From Candidatus Cloacimonadota bacterium (lineage in GTDB: Bacteria; Hydrothermota; E44-bin80): DNA of 43,001 nt. The position numbers and the translations under genes are program-made. Below, one piece after another: positions 36,436 through 43,001 of the stretch. The stretch covers positions 1 through 43,001 of the forward strand of contig SOIS01000239.1 of assembly GCA_004375965.1 (NCBI GenBank), given 5' to 3'. The notes under the pieces were generated by a model, which was given only the letters and a program-made list of their open reading frames with translations, was not told the origin of the DNA and did no database searches. Position 1 is the stretch's first letter. Each line of letters opens with the position of its first letter.

Positions 36436-38766
36436 ATGCAGAATTATACAGAGATAGATAATTTTATTGAGCCATTATCACAGGATCCACAATTAAGTAA
36501 ACGGGTTTCTCATATTGAAATAATAAAAGAAAAAGAAGCAGAATTTTCTGATTTTCCTTCTGATATGCATGAAACACTTATTGCAGCATTGAGGAATTCA
36601 GGAATTAAACAGTTATATAGTCACCAGATACAATCGTATTCACTGCTTAAAGAGGGGAAAAATATCGTCGTTGTTACACCGACTGCCTCAGGGAAAACAC
36701 TCTGTTACAACATCCCTGTAATTAATACTATCCTTGAGGATGAGAGCGCAAGGGCACTCTATCTTTTTCCAACAAAAGCCCTCTCCTATGACCAGCTTGA
36801 AGGTCTTGAGAAATTACTTGAAGCACTGAAAAAAGGCATAGCGACATTCACATACGATGGCGACACCCCGAAGGATATAAGGAAAAGTGTAAGGGAGAAG
36901 TCTAAGATTGTCATCTCCAATCCTGATATGCTCCACAAGGCAATTCTTCCACATCATACAAAATGGATTGGACTCTTCTCAAATCTTCGATATGTCGTAA
37001 TAGATGAACTACACAACTATAGAGGTGTTTTTGGTAGCCAGGTCGCCAATGTTATAAGAAGGCTAAAAAGGGTTTCGAAACATTATGGTTCAAAACCACA
37101 GTACATTCTATCATCAGCAACTATTTCAAATCCAGCTGAACTTGCAGAGAAACTTATAGAAGAGGAGGTTGAACTAATTGATAAAAGTGGTTCTCCGCAG
37201 GGAAGGAAATATTTTATACTCTGGAACCCACCCCTCATTGACAGGGAACTTGGCTTGAGGAGGAATTATATAACTGAAGCACAGTTTGCCACTGAGAGGT
37301 TGTTAAAACTCGGGATTCAGATAATTCTTTTTGCAAGGAGCAGGTTAAATGTTGAGATACTTACCACACGACTAAGAGAGAAATTTGAGAAAAATCCAAA
37401 AATGATCGGTAAAATAAGAGGATACAGAGGAGGGTATCTCCCAAACGAAAGAAGAGAGATAGAAAAAGCCTTGAGGGACGGGGAGGCAAGAGTAGTTGTA
37501 AGCACAAATGCACTTGAGCTGGGAATAGATATTGGTTCTCTTGATGGTGCAATACTTGCAGGATATCCTGGTTCGATTGCAAGCACCTGGCAACAGGCAG
37601 GGAGGGCAGGAAGAAAGGAGAAATCATCCATTGCTATTCTTGTTGCAAGTTCAGCACCATTAGACCAGTTCCTTATCAATAATCCTCAGTACTTATTCGG
37701 AGTATCACCTGAAAAGGGTCTTATAAACCCTGATAACCTTCTTATCCTTCTTGCTCATATAAAATGTGCTGCATTTGAATTACCTTTCCGAGAAGGGGAA
37801 CATTTTGGAAAGGAACCACTCGAAGAGGTTCTCTCGTACCTGGAAGAAAAGGGTGTTTTGCATAAAAGCAGTGGACAGTGGTACTGGACAGAAGATTCCT
37901 ATCCTGCTGATACATTCGGATTGAGAAACATCCCAAGTGAGAATTTTGTAATTGTTGACAGAACAGGAAAGAAACCAAGAAGCATAGGAAATGTAGACTA
38001 TTGTTCTGCACCGATGCTGCTACATGAAAGCGCAATCTATATTCATGGAGGGGAGCAGTATCATGTTGATAAACTTGATTTTGAGGAGAGAAAAGCTTAT
38101 GTAAAGAAGGTTTCTGCAAATTACTACACAGATGCAATAGAATACACAAAAGTGAAGGTTCTTGACAGCTTTGGTACTAAAGGTGAAGCGAGCTGGGGAG
38201 AGGTATGTGTAACAAAAAGGGTAGTAGGCTACAAGAAAATTAAACTTTCAACATTCGAAAATATTGGATTTGGTGATGTTAACCTACCTGAAAATGAGAT
38301 GCATACAACCTGTTACTGGTTTACAATTGACAAAGAAAAATTAAAAAATCTTGGGTATACGGAGGAGGCAATTGTTTACGGACTCTATGGTATTTTATAT
38401 ATAATCGGGAATATCGCGCCACTTTTTCTACTCTGTTCAAGGAGGGATATAGGAGTTCATCTTGGAGGTAAAGAGGGAGTGTGGTCTTATCAGGGTGAGT
38501 TAAGAAAGAAGGATACACAGACAATAGATGATTTTAAAAGGGGATTATATTCACCAACAATTTTTATATATGAGAACTACCCTGGTGGTGTTGGTTTTGC
38601 ATATGAACTATTCTCCATTCATCCCGAACCTCTTATCAAGGCACGGGAAGAGATACAATCTTGTTCCTGCAACACAGGTTGCCCTTCCTGCATAGGACCG
38701 TTATTTATTACCAATGTCAATGTAAAGGAGATTTCATTGAAAATGCTTGATGTTATTCTTAAATGA
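36436..38766 (+). CDS. DEAD/DEAH helicase with DUF1998 (Hrq1/MrfA(YprA)/SftH family)
   Basis: TASGKT, PTKAL, NPDMLH, DELH, SAT, ELGIDIG, QAGRAGR and C-terminal CSCNTGCPSC zinc motif. Confidence 0.93.
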   Translation: MQNYTEIDNFIEPLSQDPQLSKRVSHIEIIKEKEAEFSDFPSDMHETLIAALRNSGIKQLYSHQIQSYSLLKEGKNIVVVTPTASGKTLCYNIPVINTILEDESARALYLFPTKALSYDQLEGLEKLLEALKKGIATFTYDGDTPKDIRKSVREKSKIVISNPDMLHKAILPHHTKWIGLFSNLRYVVIDELHNYRGVFGSQVANVIRRLKRVSKHYGSKPQYILSSATISNPAELAEKLIEEEVELIDKSGSPQGRKYFILWNPPLIDRELGLRRNYITEAQFATERLLKLGIQIILFARSRLNVEILTTRLREKFEKNPKMIGKIRGYRGGYLPNERREIEKALRDGEARVVVSTNALELGIDIGSLDGAILAGYPGSIASTWQQAGRAGRKEKSSIAILVASSAPLDQFLINNPQYLFGVSPEKGLINPDNLLILLAHIKCAAFELPFREGEHFGKEPLEEVLSYLEEKGVLHKSSGQWYWTEDSYPADTFGLRNIPSENFVIVDRTGKKPRSIGNVDYCSAPMLLHESAIYIHGGEQYHVDKLDFEERKAYVKKVSANYYTDAIEYTKVKVLDSFGTKGEASWGEVCVTKRVVGYKKIKLSTFENIGFGDVNLPENEMHTTCYWFTIDKEKLKNLGYTEEAIVYGLYGILYIIGNIAPLFLLCSRRDIGVHLGGKEGVWSYQGELRKKDTQTIDDFKRGLYSPTIFIYENYPGGVGFAYELFSIHPEPLIKAREEIQSCSCNTGCPSCIGPLFITNVNVKEISLKMLDVILK

Positions 38767-38785
38767 GATAGAAGCATGGATTTAA

Positions 38786-38860
38786 GTAGCGTTGGAGCTT
38801 GCCCCGTGAAATAGAAGTAAGAGATGAGGTTTTTGTTATTTCACAGGGCTTGTCCCCAAC
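38786..38860. mobile_element. MITE-like element inserted into a REP-like hairpin
   Basis: GTAGCGTTGGAG-CTTG|CCCCGTGAAATA...TATTTCACAGGG|CTTG-TCCCCAAC. Confidence 0.62.
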
Positions 38861-38895
38861 AGAAAAACTAATAACCAACAAAAAGGAGAAATATC

Positions 38896-40644
38896 ATGGA
38901 TGAAAACGTTGTGAAACCTGAGGAATTGATGACCATAGCAGAGATGGTAAAGAGAAACGCAGAGCTGTTTGGTGAAAAGACAGCACTTCAGATGAGAAGA
39001 GGAGACGTCTTTGAAAAAATATCATACAGGGAACTTTACCAAAAGGTGCGTGCAACAGCAGCTGCACTTGTGTCAATCGGTTTTAGCAAAGGGGATAGAG
39101 CGGGTGTAATAGGAGAAAATCGACCTGAATGGCCGATTTCTTACCTTTCAATAGTTACTGCAGGAGGTATTGTAGTCCCTCTTGACCCGCAATTGAAATA
39201 CAAGGAAATAGGGCATATACTTACGATTTCTGGAACAAAAATTGTATTTGCTTCTCCAAAGTATATTCCACTTCTTAATGAATGTCAGGAAAGCACAGGG
39301 TTACCTGAAACAATTATATCAATGGAGAGTAAATACCCGGAAGCCCTTTTTATATTAGATGATTTTATTAAAAAGGGACAGGAACTTATTGCAGAAGGAT
39401 CTATTAATCTTGATGAAAGAAAGGCAAAACTGGATGATCTACTTGCTATAATTTTTACATCAGGAACTACAGGAAAATCGAAGGGTGTAATGTTGACACA
39501 CAGGGGTGTGATGTTCGATGCAATAGCCTCGAGCAAGGTAATAATTATTAATAGTACTGACCGATTAATATCAATACTCCCCCTTCATCATACATTCGAG
39601 GCAACAGCGGGTTTTATCTTCCCTCTTTATATAGGGGCAATGATTACGTATGCGAGAAGCCTGAAATCGAAAGAGATTATTGAGGATATAAAAGATACAA
39701 AAGCAACAATAATACTTGGTGTACCACTGATCTATGAAAAGATGCTTAAAGGTCTTAGAAAGGGAATTTCTGAACAGAGACCATTGATTAGATCACTTGT
39801 GCAAACAAACCTTGCGGTTGTTCATGGCACAAGAAAGATATTACACTTAGATCCTGGTAGGTTTCTTTTTAAAAGTTTAAGAAAGAAATCAGGACTGGGG
39901 TCCTTAAGATTGCTTATAGCTGGAGGTGCTGCTCTTCCCCTCTGGGTGTCAGAAGGATTCAGTGAATTTGGATTCAATATTATCCAGGGTTACGGACTGA
40001 CTGAGACATCACCTATTACAAATATAAATCCGCTTGAGAAGGTGAAACACGCATCTGTAGGACCACCTATTCCTGGTATTGAGATGAAGATCGTTAACCC
40101 TGATGAGCATGGGATTGGGGAAATTGCTGTTAAAGGTCCAATAGTAATGCAAGGTTATTATAAGGATGAAGAAGAGACAAGTAAGGTTATAAAAGAAGGC
40201 TGGTTATACACAGGTGATTATGGAAGGGTTGATAAGGATAACTATTTCTATATTACGGGCAGAAAGAAGAGTCTGATTGTTTCGCAAGCTGGAAAAAACA
40301 TCTATCCTGAAGAGGTTGAGGAAGAACTTCTTCTGAGTGACTTTATTGAGGAGGTTTTAGTTATTGGTAGGCTTAATCCTAATACAAAAAGAGAAGAGGT
40401 TTATGCAATTATTTATCCCAACTGGGAAAGCCTGGATGCGTACACAAAAGAGAAAGGAATTGATCAGACTGAAACCTGGGTAAATTCCTTTTTCAAAGAA
40501 GAAATAGAGAAGTATTGTAAGGAGCTTGCCGATTATAAAAGGGTGAAATCATTCTCCATAAGGGAAGAGGAGTTTCCAAAGACAACAACGAAGAAGATAA
40601 AAAGGTTCCTTTTCCAGGAAGAAACAATTCAGACAGAGAAATAG
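38896..40644 (+). CDS. Long-chain-fatty-acid--CoA ligase (AMP-binding)
   Basis: FTSGTTGKSKG, LPLHH, QGYGLTE, TGD, GRKK..GKNIYPEE, KIKR. Confidence 0.93.
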   Translation: MDENVVKPEELMTIAEMVKRNAELFGEKTALQMRRGDVFEKISYRELYQKVRATAAALVSIGFSKGDRAGVIGENRPEWPISYLSIVTAGGIVVPLDPQLKYKEIGHILTISGTKIVFASPKYIPLLNECQESTGLPETIISMESKYPEALFILDDFIKKGQELIAEGSINLDERKAKLDDLLAIIFTSGTTGKSKGVMLTHRGVMFDAIASSKVIIINSTDRLISILPLHHTFEATAGFIFPLYIGAMITYARSLKSKEIIEDIKDTKATIILGVPLIYEKMLKGLRKGISEQRPLIRSLVQTNLAVVHGTRKILHLDPGRFLFKSLRKKSGLGSLRLLIAGGAALPLWVSEGFSEFGFNIIQGYGLTETSPITNINPLEKVKHASVGPPIPGIEMKIVNPDEHGIGEIAVKGPIVMQGYYKDEEETSKVIKEGWLYTGDYGRVDKDNYFYITGRKKSLIVSQAGKNIYPEEVEEELLLSDFIEEVLVIGRLNPNTKREEVYAIIYPNWESLDAYTKEKGIDQTETWVNSFFKEEIEKYCKELADYKRVKSFSIREEEFPKTTTKKIKRFLFQEETIQTEK

Positions 40645-40660
40645 AAATTTATTATTTATC

Positions 40661-40943
40661 TGTCATTGCGAGTATTCTTTCATATTCACAATCGAAGCAA
40701 TCCCATTTCTAATAAAACAGGCGAGTCTTGCCGTCCTCGCATTCTACGGTAGGGGCAACCCTTGCGGTTGCCCATTATTTGGAGTAGCGAAACTTGTTAC
40801 GCGGTAAGCGTGGAGTAGCAAGACTTGTCTTGCGCAGTTAAACGCAGAGCAAGCTCTGCTACTCCAGAGAAGTCTGAGTCCTATAAGGAAGGAATGAGAT
40901 TGCTTCGCAAAAGCAGAGCAGGTGAGAGTAACTCGCAATGACA
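40661..40943. repeat. Composite nested palindromic repeat cluster
   Basis: 13-bp perfect terminal inverted repeat TGTCATTGCGAGT/ACTCGCAATGACA and inner pair CGAAGCAATCCCATT/AATGAGATTGCTTCG, enclosing five GTAG-type hairpins. Confidence 0.8.
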
Positions 40944-41074
40944 TCCTTTATTTTATCTGTGTAAATCAGAGTTAATCCCCACAACAACGTGTTGATGTTG
41001 CTGCGGGGTTCATCGCTGTCTCTATTTTTATTTTCTTGACTTTTAATTCTTTCTATGATAAATTGAGAAGGGTT

Positions 41075-42229
41075 ATGGATAGAAACAGGTTACGGATTGC
41101 TCTCGTTACTAATGTATACTATCCCCATGTTGGAGGAATTCAGGAACATATCTACCATCTCGGGATTGAGCTTAAAAAAAGAGGACATCACGTAAAAGTG
41201 ATAACCGGCTCTACAGGTGAGAATAGTGCACCAGAAGGGATTGATGTTATCAGAATTGGTCGTGTTATCCAGTATCCAGCAAACAGATCCTTTTCAAAAA
41301 TGACCGTCTGTTTTGGGATAAAAGGCAAAATGATTAAAATCTATAAGAAAGAAAAGTTTGATATAGTGCATGTTCATGGAGTACTGAGCCCTTTCCTTCC
41401 TCTCTATTCACATCTCTTATCGAATACGACAACCATTCAAACATTCCATGCTCAATTTGAAATGAGCACCGGCTATAATATTTTCAAGAAGTTATTACAA
41501 AAATGCATGAAAAAAATCGATGCTTGTATCGCAGTATCTAATGCAGCAAGGAATTCTATTGCAAAATATCTTCCTGGTGATTATACTATCATTCCTAATG
41601 GTATTGACACCGAAAGATTTAATCCTAAACAGAAAAGATTAAAAAAATTTAATGGCAAGTCTCCAGTTATACTCTTTGTAGGAAGATTTGAACCGAGAAA
41701 GGGCTTGAAATACCTCTTTCTTTCATTTAATCAAATCATCGAAAAGATTCCAGATGCAATCCTTGTTGTTATTGGTGAAGGACGATTAAAGGATTATTAC
41801 AAAAGCTTTCTTTCAAAGCATGCGTTGAAGAATATTTTTTTCGAAGGGAAGGTCTCCATGGAAGTGCTACCTTCCTATTTTACAACCTGTGATATCTTTT
41901 GTTCACCTTCATATACAGGCGAATCGTTCGGAATAACACTCCTTGAGGCACTCTCTTCGGGAAAACCTGTTATTGCATCCGATATTCCTGGATACAGAAC
42001 AGTGATAAAAGATGGATATAATGGGGTTCTTGTCCCTCCCAGGAAGCCAAGTGCAATAACTGATGCAGTTTTAAGAATAACAAAAGACGATAGACTTAAA
42101 AAGAGACTCATTGATAATGGGCTGCAGTCTGTTAAGAAATATTCCTGGAAAAATGTATCGTTAATGATTGAGGATTTTTACTATAAGACAATTAAAAAAA
42201 AGAAAAACAATAGTGGAAAGATTCAATAA
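41075..42229 (+). CDS. GT4 glycosyltransferase (PimA-like)
   Basis: GGIQEH, HVH, IPNGID, FVGRFEPRKG, GESFGITLLEA (EX7E); ATG 41075. Confidence 0.9.
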   Translation: MDRNRLRIALVTNVYYPHVGGIQEHIYHLGIELKKRGHHVKVITGSTGENSAPEGIDVIRIGRVIQYPANRSFSKMTVCFGIKGKMIKIYKKEKFDIVHVHGVLSPFLPLYSHLLSNTTTIQTFHAQFEMSTGYNIFKKLLQKCMKKIDACIAVSNAARNSIAKYLPGDYTIIPNGIDTERFNPKQKRLKKFNGKSPVILFVGRFEPRKGLKYLFLSFNQIIEKIPDAILVVIGEGRLKDYYKSFLSKHALKNIFFEGKVSMEVLPSYFTTCDIFCSPSYTGESFGITLLEALSSGKPVIASDIPGYRTVIKDGYNGVLVPPRKPSAITDAVLRITKDDRLKKRLIDNGLQSVKKYSWKNVSLMIEDFYYKTIKKKKNNSGKIQ

Positions 42230-43001
42230 TACCCCTGTTCTTGCATACCATAAGGTTGACAGAAATTTTGAATGGGGGGTAACAAGGGTTTTACCTTCGC
42301 AATTTTCAGAACAGATGAGGTTTCTATATCAAAAAAGATATAAAGCTATCACCTTGAGTGACTTATTAAAGAATAATAGCTATGAAAAAAGGGTTGCAAT
42401 AACCTTTGATGATGCATATGAGGAATTGATAAATAATGCATTTTCTATTATGCAGAAATATTCTTTTAAGGCTACCATTTTTGTTGTTACAGACTTTGTC
42501 GGGAAAGAAAACCTCTGGGATGTCAATCTTGGGTTTCGCAGATTTAACCATATGAACTGGTCTGCTTTAAGAAATATAAGTAGTGCTGGCTTTGAGATCG
42601 GCTCTCACACACATACGCATCCAGACCTTACAAAGATTTCTGAGGAAAGTATAAGAAAAGAATTCTCTTTCTCAAAAAAAATCCTTGAGGATAAACTTGG
42701 CATTTCTGTCCGTTTTGTCTCTTATCCTTTTGGAAGATACTCGCGTAAGATAAAGGAGATTGCTTACAAATGTGGATATAGTGGAGGTGTTTGTCTTTCA
42801 CATCCTTTTAAAAAAAAGGTCGATATCTTCGAGATAGAAAGAGAAGGTATCTACATATTTGATACACTTGATGATTTCAAAGCTAAATTATCACTATATG
42901 GGAAGGGTGCTTTTCTTTTTGAAAAAATTAAGGGAAGGATTGTGAACTTCTTTGCAGGAGCTACCTACATAATAAAGAGGTCCCAGGAACTTTTTTCGAG
43001 A
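42213..43001 (+). CDS. Polysaccharide deacetylase (CE4/NodB), 3' end outside window
   Basis: Not in the ORF track. GTG 42213 opens PVLAYHKV...AITFDDAY...ATIFVV...EIGSHTHTHPDL...SYPFG, open to the window end. Confidence 0.92.
   Translation, partial: MERFNNTPVLAYHKVDRNFEWGVTRVLPSQFSEQMRFLYQKRYKAITLSDLLKNNSYEKRVAITFDDAYEELINNAFSIMQKYSFKATIFVVTDFVGKENLWDVNLGFRRFNHMNWSALRNISSAGFEIGSHTHTHPDLTKISEESIRKEFSFSKKILEDKLGISVRFVSYPFGRYSRKIKEIAYKCGYSGGVCLSHPFKKKVDIFEIEREGIYIFDTLDDFKAKLSLYGKGAFLFEKIKGRIVNFFAGATYIIKRSQELFSR

Noticed and set aside
36436-38766. DISARM/Druantia/Dpd defence system
   Set aside because: No methylase, nuclease or other defence partner adjacent; the PLD gene is 13 kb away and is a lipoprotein.
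40780-40866. Mini CRISPR array
   Set aside because: Gaps are only 7-8 nt, one unit is inverted and no cas genes are present; it fits REP-type repeats.
40744-40944. 66-aa minus-strand ORF, and 36276-36461 on the plus strand
   Set aside because: Translations of palindromic repeat or promoter DNA with no protein-like features.

Overview
AT-rich bacterial chromosome segment made up mostly of housekeeping genes. LolA, an ADP-heptose kinase and PorU/PorV point to a diderm, probably an FCB-associated candidate lineage such as WOR-3/TA06; the taxonomy is inferred, not verified. Gene order: cmk-plsC-ispH-rpsA (minus, rpsA runs off the left end), a CreD-like remnant, tRNA-Ala, rfaE1, cyclophilin, tyrS, SPFH protein, tRNA-Met, an unusual lipoprotein, Trm112, porU-porV, truB-ribF-rpsO-pnp-M16 peptidase-aminotransferase-dut, PLD lipoprotein, nth/fhs/lolA/sensor kinase/response regulator (minus), DUF3467, a frameshifted remnant, apt/tRNA-Pro/acyP, a thioester alpha-2-macroglobulin, a DUF1998 helicase, acyl-CoA ligase, GT4 and a polysaccharide deacetylase (runs off the right end). 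The best leads are cell-envelope proteins: (1) an alpha-2-macroglobulin with a GspG pseudopilin-like domain inserted next to its bait region; (2) a lipoprotein that appears to fuse a LolA/LppX-like fold to a membrane-free SecD P1-like domain, just upstream of (3) a PorU-PorV type IX attachment pair. Intergenic DNA contains nested REP-like and MITE-like elements, two with clear 4-bp target duplications. No CRISPR array, rRNA, transposase or integrase was seen. All family calls come from motif recognition by eye; no searches were run.
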